Shown: positions 11,255 to 21,484 of the stretch, in pieces
Numbering within the stretch: the first letter of the stretch is position 1
How the letters are laid out: the number at the start of each line of letters is the position of its first letter
DNA from: Amoeboradix gromovi X-113
Taxonomy: Eukaryota > Fungi > Sanchytriomycota
Length of the DNA: 32,000 bases
Reading direction: 5' to 3'
Assembly: GCA_018985225.1 (NCBI GenBank)
Contig: JADGIF010000022.1
Location: forward strand, 1 to 32,000
Notes under the pieces: model-generated
What the model was told of the DNA's origin: nothing
Seen by the model: the letters and a program-made list of their open reading frames with translations, nothing else
Database searches by the model: none
Translations under genes and position numbers: made by a program

Positions 11255-11673
11255 TTATTGCTGGTTTTTGCGGTCATAATAGTTTTCCACCTTTGCAATA
11301 CCCAAATTAACCACACGGGGACAGCCGTCTCTCTACGTTAGAACAGTTTTGCTCAGATAGTCTAAAAGATGTTATCATCGCTATCAGTAACAGCCTCTTT
11401 TGTCCTCTTTGCAAAAATTAAACTTACATCCTTTTCCATAACAGTACATACCCTACAGTAAAAGGCGTCGGAGGCGCCAGGTGCATTGCAAATTATGCAT
11501 CTCCCTTGCGATGCCCCAAGTCCGCATTCATCACATATTCGGGCTCTGGTCTCCATTTCAACAAAACTGTCGCACAGTATACAGCGGCCATCGTGTGTGG
11601 CGCAAACTCTTCCTATTGAAATACCCGACATTTTACGGCATAATGTCAAGTCATGATGATATTTAGTTGCCAT
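11255..11673 (-). CDS. PHF5A: PHD finger-like SF3b subunit PHF5A/Rds3; exons 11673-11428 and 11332-11255
   Basis: Exon 1 reads KYHHDLTLCRK...GRCILCDSFV...CDEC. After a GTAAGT...CTAACGTAG intron, exon 2 reads RDGCPRVVNLG, restoring the conserved EKDRDGCP motif. Confidence 0.95.
11347..11416 (-). ncRNA. Intronic box C/D snoRNA, SNORD95-like LSU rRNA methylation guide
   Basis: 6-bp terminal stem UUUUGC/GCAAAA, box C variant AAGAGGA, D' CUGA, C' CGAUGA, D CUGA. The D' guide AGAGGCUGUU is complementary to the conserved LSU rRNA sequence AACAGCCUCU. Confidence 0.75.
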
Positions 11674-11860
11674 GTATGCCCGAAACTTGGAGCGTGATGA
11701 AAACTATCGCAAAGAATCATACTCTCATTTATTCAAAATAGATTGACCATCGTAGCGAATTCTTCAGTCTCTCAAGAAATTCCGTCGCTGTTACTCTGAG
11801 TGCATAGTTGAATTTGAAAGTTTAAAGGAGCGTCCCTCAAAAGTACTTTAAAAGAAACGT

Positions 11861-12421
11861 TTATTGTTCATATGTTTTTGGAATCATACCTTCTGGTGGT
11901 TTCACCTCAACTTTTTTCGCTTTCACTTCATCCCAATTTGTGCTTAACACAGTTCCGCCTGATTCCTGATAACTCTTCATCATAGCTTTTTGTGCTTCTG
12001 GTCCGGCATCTTTGTATAGCGTTTTAAAGAAATCATTCGGATCCGCACCCTCTTTTTCCTTTTCGATGTTTTCATCCTCGGTATTTAACTTATCCCACTT
12101 GTGATATGATTTCCCCAAATACTCGTGTTTGGGCTCAGGATGAGGTGCATGCAAATGTTCTGGTTGCGTTTCTTTTCTTTCTAAAGATGGCCATAGTTCA
12201 TTTTCGACTTTTTTGAGCTCTATGGACTGTTTTTTCTTACCTTTTTCAATCTTACTCTGACTTGGATTCACTTCATAAGCCAATTCAATTTGTTGTGTAA
12301 CATCATCCTGGGAAATGATAATTTTAAATGGCCCTATTTCTATTTTGGCATCTGGGCTATATATCTCAACAGTGACATTTGATTCCGTTTGAAAATACTG
12401 ATAACGAATAGTCATCGTCAT
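11861..12421 (-). CDS. SGT1: SGT1 co-chaperone (CS and SGS domains, no TPR)
   Basis: SGS motif FFKTLYKDA...KAMMKSYQESGGTVLSTNWDEV...PPEGM, with an N-terminal CS-like IRYQYFQTESNVTVEI. Confidence 0.92.
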   Translation of the reverse strand: MTMTIRYQYFQTESNVTVEIYSPDAKIEIGPFKIIISQDDVTQQIELAYEVNPSQSKIEKGKKKQSIELKKVENELWPSLERKETQPEHLHAPHPEPKHEYLGKSYHKWDKLNTEDENIEKEKEGADPNDFFKTLYKDAGPEAQKAMMKSYQESGGTVLSTNWDEVKAKKVEVKPPEGMIPKTYEQ

Positions 12422-12469
12422 TGTGGTTTCAAGGATCCCACCATCTAAAAAAGTTTTAATTGTAAAAAA

Positions 12470-13648
12470 TCATTTATTGACTTTAACCTTGAACCATTTT
12501 ATTACTGTATATGTTATTTGCACAGTGAAACCAAGAACAGGTATGAAGAACTCAACAAAGCTTAAAACTACATCTGTTAAAGGCTCGCTGGATGAGTAAT
12601 TTATAGCGTACTGAAATAGGTATTCCAGCTGATTAATCATTGCACCATACAAATCATATATAACCACTGCTAGATTATCTATGGAGTCTCTAAAATAAAC
12701 AACATCCTCCGCCAAGCTATTCGTTTCGTCAGTTTGTTGGATTGCAAAACTGTGAACCTCATTTAATTGAAATTTCCAAAAAGACAACTGCTGAGAGAAA
12801 GTCGAGGATTTCATATCATCCATATCTATTTCATTTATGCTGTTGTACCACTTGTTTGGACTCTCAATTGCTACAGATTCGGAAGAAACGTCCTGGTATA
12901 AGTTCATGGACTGGAATGGGCTTTTTAAAGAGCCGCTATCTGTATTTACGTCATTTACCTTGTTGCACGATTCAATCAGCAGTTTACACTCTTGTATTCG
13001 TTCCAGTATTTCATCGTTTAATGAGTTTGTTTGGTTTTCTAGTTCCTTGACTATCAAATGCATTTCGCTAGTTACAAATGTCATATTAGGAAGAGCTAAC
13101 TTGTACTTGAGCAAGTTACTGTAGTTTAGACTCGAATTAGACGAATAAATAGAAGGAGAGGTTTCTGACTTTTGTGGCATTAAATAATCCCTTGGATCCT
13201 TTTCTGCCGTAGAATGACTTTCAGATTTTACTAATATATCGCTAATACTCTCCATCATAGGCGAAATGCATCTAATGTCTTCTAGTAGTTCGCACCTTCG
13301 CATATCAACTACGCGTACGTCGTATTTATGAATTTTATTTCCAGTGTACAACGTACCCTGTTTTTTAAATTCTTTGAAATGTCTTGCTGCGTGAAGAGGA
13401 TTGTATGTTTTACTATTATTGTGTAACTCTTGTATATAGTTATATTTGTCTTCAATAAACTCTTTTGCATAGGCTACTCGTTGCTGGGTAGCTGATGAGT
13501 TTATATGCACACTTGATGGCGATTTTGATATGGGAAGAGATATTAAAGACTCAATCTCGTCCTCTTGGGGGTCCAGTAAACTTGTTGCCTTGAAAATATC
13601 GCCCATCCCTTTGTTTCTTAGTGAGACATTAAAATTAGACAAACTCAT
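12470..13648 (-). CDS. Hypothetical protein with coiled-coil regions and a hydrophobic C-terminal segment
   Basis: 392 aa ORF with an ATG start. The YNPL motif weakly recalls Mtc4-like proteins; not assigned. Confidence 0.65.
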   Translation of the reverse strand: MSLSNFNVSLRNKGMGDIFKATSLLDPQEDEIESLISLPISKSPSSVHINSSATQQRVAYAKEFIEDKYNYIQELHNNSKTYNPLHAARHFKEFKKQGTLYTGNKIHKYDVRVVDMRRCELLEDIRCISPMMESISDILVKSESHSTAEKDPRDYLMPQKSETSPSIYSSNSSLNYSNLLKYKLALPNMTFVTSEMHLIVKELENQTNSLNDEILERIQECKLLIESCNKVNDVNTDSGSLKSPFQSMNLYQDVSSESVAIESPNKWYNSINEIDMDDMKSSTFSQQLSFWKFQLNEVHSFAIQQTDETNSLAEDVVYFRDSIDNLAVVIYDLYGAMINQLEYLFQYAINYSSSEPLTDVVLSFVEFFIPVLGFTVQITYTVIKWFKVKVNK

Positions 13649-13907
13649 AATTCAGAAGTCTCAAAAAGATAATACTTATCATTTAAAAATGCCACATGTC
13701 TTTTCATTAAGCTTTAGGTGAGTTTTTGTTAAAAATCTTTTTCTCTCATATCACGTTCGTCAATAAGGAAATTAACATTTTCTAACAGTGTCAATTTTTG
13801 TTTGGCATCTGGAATGGCAACATAGTTGTGCTCAAAGCTGTCACCGCGATAATGAATCGCAATATTATCGCCTTCCTTTAGTTTCTCGCATCTTGGCTTT
13901 GCTTTTA

Positions 13908-14331
13908 CCTATTGGGACACCAAATATAAAAACTAGACTAAGTCGTCTTTAAAGGAGGTGCTCCATAAGGAGGAAATTAATAAAATTCCTTTCATTAACG
14001 TCATTCCTCCCTTTAAAATAAAACAAGATGACTCAATATCTCTTTCAATACACAAGGTAAGCAAAATATGCATTATCTTAGACGATACTCTTTATCTGTT
14101 CCATTTTCTTTTTATTCTTACCGCCTTTCGTATAACTTAGGTTCTGTTTTCTCTTCTTATTAATCATTGTTTTTAAGATTCTGATGGATGAAAAGCTTTC
14201 ATACTAAAATAATTTACTTGAACCACTCAGATTAATTTAATTTAATTTACTATCAGTTAATACACACTTGATATAGCGATTCAAACTATTTCAGAAAGTT
14301 AGTCTAGTTTTTATATTTGATGTCCCAGCTG
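13908..14331 (-). mobile_element. Non-autonomous TIR element (Tc1/mariner-like ends) with a degenerate Zn-finger/RuvC-III-like fragment
   Basis: 29-bp inverted repeats at 13913-13941 and 14299-14327 (28/29 match). The right end reads TA|CAGCTGGGACA on the minus strand. The interior is homologous to 26417-26640. Confidence 0.8.
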
Positions 14332-14334
14332 TAT

Positions 14335-14862
14335 GACTTTCTAGGGTTTTCCAATGCTTTGAATACTCGATATTCTTCATTTTGGCAAACGGTAAATTGA
14401 ATCAATGGATGTAATTCTGAACATGCCAAATCTAAAGAAATAACTAATAGTTGTAGTGTACATTCATTAACGTCAAGGAGCTAGTCCAAACATGGAACAA
14501 TTAGTTGCCATCTAACGCCTAGAAAAAGAGATCAACGACAAATAAAGCTATAAACTATTTATTTAATAATTCGTATGTGATGGGTCTTACCACACGTGCA
14601 ACAACTCAATATCTTGATACTTACTATGCATGTACAAGGGTGGCAATCTCAAGAAAACCAACTTGGAGAGCTACACTTGTACCCGTTTGGGGATAGAGAT
14701 CATATGGTAGCAAGAACATATACATCAAGTATATGCATCCTTATTCGATTCCACTCAAGGGTAGTGAAAGCGTAAGCTATCAGTGTAACGGATCTATTAG
14801 CATCGCCAGTTTCTCTCTGGGAATTCTAAAATTTCTCAGAAGTCAGGACTTCTAACGAAGAG
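14335..14862 (+). mobile_element. Fanzor2-like element remnant, frameshifted, with a conserved 3' end
   Basis: 14335-14450 aligns to the reverse complement of ~24911-25027. 14629-14862 aligns to the reverse complement of ~24471-24712 (CTR...NLKKTNL...RDHM...YIKY and the tail). Confidence 0.8.
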
Positions 14863-15297
14863 TCTACCCGCTTTGAAACAGTATATAATTTTACTTGATT
14901 AAATCATTTATCGCGATTGAATGCGCTATAAGACTCAAGTATACGCTTCCTCCAGAATTCTTAAGTGCATAAAACAGCGTATTTAGAAAGTGGTTTAAAA
15001 ATGAAGTGAATGTACAAACAAGGACGAAAGACTATGCCTGAATGCATCGGTATAGAGGGACGTTGAGCAACCCCTCAACTGGAATGTCTGTTAAGAATGA
15101 CGAAAGACCGGAAGGTAAAGGCAGATAAATATTATCAAGTATTCACCAAGAGCATTGGTGATAAAATCTGGAAACTTGTACTAGAGTTGATTTACTTTTT
15201 GAAAATTCGTTTTAAAAATCATGCCCAGTTTTTATAGAGTGTTCAAGAGCCAGCTATCTTGAGTATTTTGAAATTTGTAACATTGTGGCTTACTAAC

Positions 15298-18200
15298 ATG
15301 CTTCTGCACCTGTTCTTGATATCTCTTGTTGAAGCCCAAAATAATTATGACACCCCTCCAATAGCGTTAGACGCGTTAAAAGAGTCAGATGTGGATAGAA
15401 TTTACGGAAGTGAAATTCCAAATTACTATCCTCAAGGGTGGGAGTATTTAGGATCTCAATTTTTAAATGCTACTCGCAACAATGGACCCATGGAGCAGTC
15501 CGATGTCGTTCCATTCAACCCATCAAATGTCGCTTCCAAATTTGCTGGCCTAGCTGCCTTTACAGCTTTTAGTCTGGCATGCGCTCTCCTATTCTGCATG
15601 CTAACTCCAATTCTTGCTTGCTGTTGCGGGTGCTTTAAGAACAGAACCATGTCTGGTAAGGGGCGCAGTAAGAATTATGAAAATGCAGCATCTGCATTGA
15701 TGGTTCTAAGTTTTATCTTATTTATCACAATAGGTATCATCACAGGAATATCTGCCGGCACAATGAATGAGAGTATAGCTGTAATTGGCTCCTCTGTCGG
15801 CTCCGTTTACAATGGTGGATTATTATTTGGTAGGAGTACGTTAAACGAGGTAAGCGCCATAGTAGATTTGCTAGCTACTTATGCTGAGGACACTGTTGAT
15901 GATATATCTGCACAGACCATTAATATAACTATGGCTGACACTACTGGCAACTTAACTTATCTAAGTGAAATTTTAAAATCAAATTTCACTTTTGCTGATA
16001 GTATTACAGGTGACCTAAGTGACAGCATACTCGACATGAATTCAGACATGAACACTATATCCTATGAGTATAACACCGAATTGTCCCAGTACACCGATAT
16101 TGTTAACAATTTAACAGACCTGGGTGCTAGCGAACAAATAGTCGCCTCATTTTACTATCATTATCAGAAAAAGTCACCAAATCCTTTTATATTCTCCAGT
16201 GATTTTCGCTCTAATGTCGGATTTGATTCAGATAAATTTCCTACTACTCTAAATAGTTCTGCAGTTGATTTAACTAGAAATAAGGGTGCGTTTCAAAGGC
16301 AAGCAGATGTTGTGGTAGTCAGAATGAACAGGCAGATACAGAATGTAACTGATAGATTAAATTCTACCTTTTCAGACTTTAAAAAAGCTATTTCGTCAAA
16401 CAAGATTTCGTTACTAAACAGGATTGACAATGGGTATGTAAGATCATTCAATCCTCCTGCTAATAGATACGGAGCTTCTTTGAATGAATATTCAGCCAAG
16501 TACAAGGAATATGCGTCCTCTGCTGCCTACACTATTTTAGGATTTGTGGTTACCATTTTCATACTCTTCGTCGGTATAATATTCTGTATTGCCAGTAAGA
16601 AAAGAAAGCTTGGTATGTCTTGTGCTAGTCTATTGTTTCTTTACGCTGCATTCTCGTTGATTCTAAGTGTTATCATATTCTTAATGGCATTCACAGTAAC
16701 TGAGATATGCCAGCAATTAGATAATCCCAGTTTCACTTATGGGAACTACCAGCTAGCCGCTGCTGTAACTATTGTTGACAAATGCTCTCAAGGCATGCCA
16801 ATCGGTGATATAATGTTTGATCCAATTGTTCTGCCACTTGTGCTGCTATTGAACGCAAATGCGACTGATTACTTCAACATATCTAATCAATATGATAAGT
16901 TTGTTAGCAAAATAAACATGTCTAGTTTCTTGGATACTCTCGATATCAAGATAGAAGACGTCTCTGACTTTAACGAAATTACGGAAGCTTCCAACAATAT
17001 TTACCAGCAAAACTTAGAAGCTACAAATGTAACTGGTGTTATTCCAGATCATGGAATGAACAATTCGATGCTTGTGGAAATGGATCGTGTTATACTTTTA
17101 ACTGTAAACAATTTAGATGTTAATTCATTTACATACATTGGGAATAGTAGTACAGATCAGCCAGCATGCGTAGATGATTACAATTCTAAGTGTTTGCTTC
17201 AAAGAGATCATATTGACGTACTCAACACCGACATGTCGAACACAAATTTGATGTTACCGATTTTAAAGAATAAATCAGAAGAGACCATGGGAAAGGCTGC
17301 TTCGGTTAAAGATTACATGGCTAATATACCAAATCTTATAGATCAGAGCATATCTACTTTTATGGACTTGATAACACTAGGCAAACTCAAAATACGAGAC
17401 AAAATCAACTCAATGCCTAACAAAATTAAGGAGAACATACAAAGATACTTCAGTGATTTGGTCAAGACTGTTAAATGTGAACCTATTGGACAGGTAGTTA
17501 AAGTGATGGAGTTTGAGCTATGTAGTAAGGTTCGCAATTCATTAAATGGTATGTGGTTTATGTTGTGGTTGTTAGCGTATGTGATAGTCATAACGTTTAT
17601 CGGATTGAATTTAGGAGCAAACATACTGTTCAGAGATGCCAAGGATGATGATGACTTTGTCAAAGATAAGAAATTTAACAAAGTAGCATTGAATGAGAAC
17701 AAAATTCAGGCATCGGCAGCGCTAATGAGTTCAGATGCAGTTTATAGAACGGAGTCCAATTTAGGACAGAATTCAGAAATATTGAAATCACAGGAGTTGT
17801 TAAAAGATGATGATTCTGCATCTGAACCAGACGAGCTAAGGGCTAAAGTTGTTGCAGGAGAACGAATAGCTATCAAAGTGATCAGATCGCCTTCAAAAGC
17901 AGTAGAAGGGAAAGTAGTTATACCTCCGAGAACAATGACTGGCAGCAATTTAAATGTTTCCAAGAGTCCCCTGAATCCCGCAAACAGCAACGGAAATTTA
18001 GGTAAAAGCTTGATAAATACAAGAGGAAGCTCCTTGACTATTGCAAAAAACTCGTCAAAAACTGTAGGAAGCAGCTCTAATTTGTCTGCTAGTCCATTAA
18101 AACTAGCAACAGGAAATATAAGCAAATCAACTAGTCCCTTAAAAAGCCCGGGTATTAAAAATGTTCAATCTCATTCTATAGGGAATGATATGGATACTAC

Positions 18201-18426
18201 CACAGAATCACGAAACAACTTAGGATCTGAACTCGATTCTGATTCATCTGATGATGCAGATATTGAAGATATGCAATTTCGGCCGAAAATGGCATCTTAT
18301 ATGCTGGAATTAGAAGCAAATGAGTCATCTTTCGATGATCAAAGCTTAAGTCCAAGAAGGATGTCAAAATTGCAACAGGAGAATAATTTAGGATCAAATT
18401 CAAGCAGTGCAAAAGAATCCAAGTAG
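15298..18426 (+). CDS. Prominin-like pentaspan membrane glycoprotein
   Basis: Signal peptide, TM1 followed by a CCCGC cluster, two large extracellular loops rich in NxS/T sites, five TM segments and a low-complexity tail. ATG at 15298. Confidence 0.7.
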   Translation: MLLHLFLISLVEAQNNYDTPPIALDALKESDVDRIYGSEIPNYYPQGWEYLGSQFLNATRNNGPMEQSDVVPFNPSNVASKFAGLAAFTAFSLACALLFCMLTPILACCCGCFKNRTMSGKGRSKNYENAASALMVLSFILFITIGIITGISAGTMNESIAVIGSSVGSVYNGGLLFGRSTLNEVSAIVDLLATYAEDTVDDISAQTINITMADTTGNLTYLSEILKSNFTFADSITGDLSDSILDMNSDMNTISYEYNTELSQYTDIVNNLTDLGASEQIVASFYYHYQKKSPNPFIFSSDFRSNVGFDSDKFPTTLNSSAVDLTRNKGAFQRQADVVVVRMNRQIQNVTDRLNSTFSDFKKAISSNKISLLNRIDNGYVRSFNPPANRYGASLNEYSAKYKEYASSAAYTILGFVVTIFILFVGIIFCIASKKRKLGMSCASLLFLYAAFSLILSVIIFLMAFTVTEICQQLDNPSFTYGNYQLAAAVTIVDKCSQGMPIGDIMFDPIVLPLVLLLNANATDYFNISNQYDKFVSKINMSSFLDTLDIKIEDVSDFNEITEASNNIYQQNLEATNVTGVIPDHGMNNSMLVEMDRVILLTVNNLDVNSFTYIGNSSTDQPACVDDYNSKCLLQRDHIDVLNTDMSNTNLMLPILKNKSEETMGKAASVKDYMANIPNLIDQSISTFMDLITLGKLKIRDKINSMPNKIKENIQRYFSDLVKTVKCEPIGQVVKVMEFELCSKVRNSLNGMWFMLWLLAYVIVITFIGLNLGANILFRDAKDDDDFVKDKKFNKVALNENKIQASAALMSSDAVYRTESNLGQNSEILKSQELLKDDDSASEPDELRAKVVAGERIAIKVIRSPSKAVEGKVVIPPRTMTGSNLNVSKSPLNPANSNGNLGKSLINTRGSSLTIAKNSSKTVGSSSNLSASPLKLATGNISKSTSPLKSPGIKNVQSHSIGNDMDTTTESRNNLGSELDSDSSDDADIEDMQFRPKMASYMLELEANESSFDDQSLSPRRMSKLQQENNLGSNSSSAKESK

Positions 18427-18798
18427 ACACTGTCATCTTCATTAACCCGCAGCAAATAAATATTTTATACTGTTTTCATTTTGGCACATGAAATGGAATT
18501 TAGTGTTAAATTTAAAATAAGAAACAAACTCAAACTTCTCTGTTCTCATTGAAGTATCGAGCAGGTTTGTCCATCACTTGTATTTACAGAGTCCCATTGT
18601 CAATTCGCTGTACTGAATACAAATTCACTAGCGTTTAAGAAGCTTTATTATTTTTCTTGTAAATTTTATAAAAATGAAAGGCACAATGCTATACTAGGCT
18701 TGCGTTACACAACTTCAAGCATTCAGTTGACAATAATTTTAACTGATTCGTGACAGTTAAAAAAGAACTAGAGAAAACAATTATATTTTTAAATGAAT

Positions 18799-19422
18799 TT
18801 ATTGGGCATCCGGCATATGCTTGGGGTCTGCAGCCTCAAACTCTGCCGAGGTTTTTAGATTCTCAATTATTTCAGAGATTTTTGGAAATCTCTGAATATC
18901 TATTTCAAATCTCGTTGCGTTATACACTTGTGGAACCAAACATGCATCTGCGAAAGTAATATGATCCCCGAATGAATACTTACCTGAGTGCACTTCAGCA
19001 ATCCTTTCAAATGCCTGAAGCCCGTTAGATATAACCTTTGCTGCCCATTCTTTTTTCTTTTCGTCTTGGAATTCCTTCAGAACCTTAAGATTTTGAAGAG
19101 GCTGCGTATCTGCCACAATTACCATGCACATTCCACGAACAATTGCTCTTTCATACTTATCTTTAGGCAACATACTGATTTGAGGATACTCGTCTTCCAA
19201 ATATTCCATAATAGCCATACTTTGATGGATAAACTTATCGTCTACTTGCAAAGTTGGGACGACTCCCATTGGATTTCTACTTAAATTCACGGCATCATGC
19301 TGTTCATTCTTTAGTAAGTTTACGGCAGCATATTCATACTTCAATTTTTTCATGTTCATGACAATACGAACGCGGTAAGAGCAAGAAGATCTCCAATACG
19401 AATACAATTTAAATTGTGTCAT
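18799..19422 (-). CDS. maiA: Maleylacetoacetate isomerase / glutathione S-transferase zeta
   Basis: LYSYWRSSCSYRVRI zeta signature, QPLQNL and ADACLVPQVYNA.RF. Confidence 0.95.
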   Translation of the reverse strand: MTQFKLYSYWRSSCSYRVRIVMNMKKLKYEYAAVNLLKNEQHDAVNLSRNPMGVVPTLQVDDKFIHQSMAIMEYLEDEYPQISMLPKDKYERAIVRGMCMVIVADTQPLQNLKVLKEFQDEKKKEWAAKVISNGLQAFERIAEVHSGKYSFGDHITFADACLVPQVYNATRFEIDIQRFPKISEIIENLKTSAEFEAADPKHMPDAQ

Positions 19423-19445
19423 AAAAATTTTAGATTAAGATTTAT

Positions 19446-20654
19446 TTATTGTTCGCTGTAAATAACAGAAGCCATTCCCATACCTGTTCCGATACACATC
19501 GAAGTCACTCCAACCTTCTTCCCTTGGCGCTTTAACTCAGGTAGCAAAGTAGCGATTTGTCTTGATCCTGTACAACCAAGCGGATGACCCAATGCAATTG
19601 CACCCCCTTTAACGTTAACTTTTTCAATAGGAATCTTCAACTTCTCTACACAGTAAATGCTTTGAGATGCAAATGCCTCGTTGATTTCAAATATATCTAC
19701 ATCAGCCACAGTTAAGCCAGCCTTTTTTAATGCGGCTGGAATCGCGAAAGCCGGACCTACACCCATAATGTGTGGCGGCACACCTACTACAGCGCTGCAC
19801 ACGAACTTTGCAATTGGTTTCAATCCCAGTTTCTTTGCAATAGATCTTCTCATCAATAACACTGCAGAAGCACCATCACTGACCTGTGACGCATTTCCTG
19901 CAGTAGTAGTTCCTTCAGCCCCAAAGGCAGGTCTTAACTTTGCCAGTTTCTCAGGAGTAGTTCCTGGTCTAATACCATCGTCATCCGTCACAACGATTGT
20001 ATTACCGTCAAACAAAACTTTAGCAGGTACAATTTCGTCTTTAAACAGACCATCTTTTTGAGCCTTTAATGCTCTTGAATGAGATAAAGCAGCAAACTGA
20101 TCTTGTTTCTCTCGGCTTACTTTAAATTCAGCGGCAACTGTGTCACTAGTCATACCCATAGGTAGCATGGTATCTTGCGCAGCTTTGTTGGCACTGGAAA
20201 CTCTTTCGCTGAATGATTCAGGAAGCATTCCTGGTACCATGTAATGCTTTGTCATACTCTCGACACCTGCTCCAATACCTATGTCTATGTCCCCTGCCTT
20301 AATGGCATGGGCAACGCTAGCAACAGCCTGTAATCCTGATGAGCACTGTCGGTTGACAGTACTAACTGACGTTGTAATTGGAAAACCAGCCGATAAAACA
20401 GCCATTCTGCTAACCATTGCCCCACCACTCGGGCTACAGACAGTTCCGACTGTTACTTCTTCAACCAAATCAGGCTTAATTCGAGACTTTTCCAACACTC
20501 CACGTAATACAGTATCCAGTAATTCCTCGATAGGTGTATCTTTAAACCCTCCTTTCTTTGCTCTTGTTATTGCAGTTCTTAATGCACAAACAATAACAAC
20601 GTCATCATCGGATGGTGACGAAACGGATTTGGCGGTTCTATTTAAACTAGACAT
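19446..20654 (-). CDS. POT1: 3-ketoacyl-CoA thiolase, peroxisomal type (POT1/ACAA1-like)
   Basis: Catalytic motifs NRQCSSGLQA, EINEAFASQ, GGAIALGHPLG and CIGTGMG. Confidence 0.92.
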   Translation of the reverse strand: MSSLNRTAKSVSSPSDDDVVIVCALRTAITRAKKGGFKDTPIEELLDTVLRGVLEKSRIKPDLVEEVTVGTVCSPSGGAMVSRMAVLSAGFPITTSVSTVNRQCSSGLQAVASVAHAIKAGDIDIGIGAGVESMTKHYMVPGMLPESFSERVSSANKAAQDTMLPMGMTSDTVAAEFKVSREKQDQFAALSHSRALKAQKDGLFKDEIVPAKVLFDGNTIVVTDDDGIRPGTTPEKLAKLRPAFGAEGTTTAGNASQVSDGASAVLLMRRSIAKKLGLKPIAKFVCSAVVGVPPHIMGVGPAFAIPAALKKAGLTVADVDIFEINEAFASQSIYCVEKLKIPIEKVNVKGGAIALGHPLGCTGSRQIATLLPELKRQGKKVGVTSMCIGTGMGMASVIYSEQ

Positions 20655-21400
20655 TTTGTTTTGAAAAAGATTTCAGATAAATATATTTAGCTTCATATGG
20701 AACACCGACTGTAAAACAAGACTGATTAGCTTCTAAGAAAGCATCACGTCTATATCACCTACTGGTTAGGGAAATGTTACTGCTACCGTTTCTTCTCTGC
20801 CGACTTAGCCTTTCCAAATTTGATAGCAGACTTCTATGGACTGCGCATTGTTGTAAAACTCATTCTCATCTCTATTTATAACCATACCGCAGTGGGTCTG
20901 CGGGCATACTCGAAGACCATATGAGAATCCATCCTCTAATACTTGCTACTACTGCTATTACATAACTTAAAGCATAATCTCAGGAATTGGTGATAGTGAT
21001 TTCCTTCCGGGTAAGTAGATTAGTATCTTTTGTGCAGAACTCTCAACACCTCCATGATTGTGTTGATAGCTACAATCACCATAGCATATCACTCTCTGTT
21101 GAAACTCTGAATAAAAAAAGGATTGTTTCCTGGGAGTGTAGATGGTAAAACCAACAGCCCATTGCCTCTGCTGGCATGCCAGCTAAGAACGAGATTGCCT
21201 GCTTTGGTCGCAAACGACAATGCTGTGATATTTTGTAGCTACGACAGCATTTTTGGATTTTGGTGGGCGTAGTGACTGCTTCGAGGTCATTGAACGCTCT
21301 TGCATGGTACATATATGAGCTCTCTTGCTTTCTTGCAGATTTATCACAGATGCAATAGTTTGAAGGCTTCTTTTTACTTGCTTGTGTGCATGGATCAAAC

Positions 21401-21484
21401 CTGGTTTTGTTCAGAGTCCCATGCCTTGTGCACGTCTGCTTAATAAATGATTCATGATACTCGCCAATGTCCATCTTCCTTTGC
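21401..21484 (-). pseudogene. Short, old Fanzor2-like fragment
   Basis: EYHESFIKQTCTRHGTLNKT aligns to ECNESFTSQTYTRCANLKKT at 24680-24763, at both protein and nucleotide level. Confidence 0.65.

Noticed and set aside
19681-20664. Long antisense ORFs over the thiolase (also over C2CD5, prominin-like and OLA1)
   Set aside because: Shadow frames of real genes.
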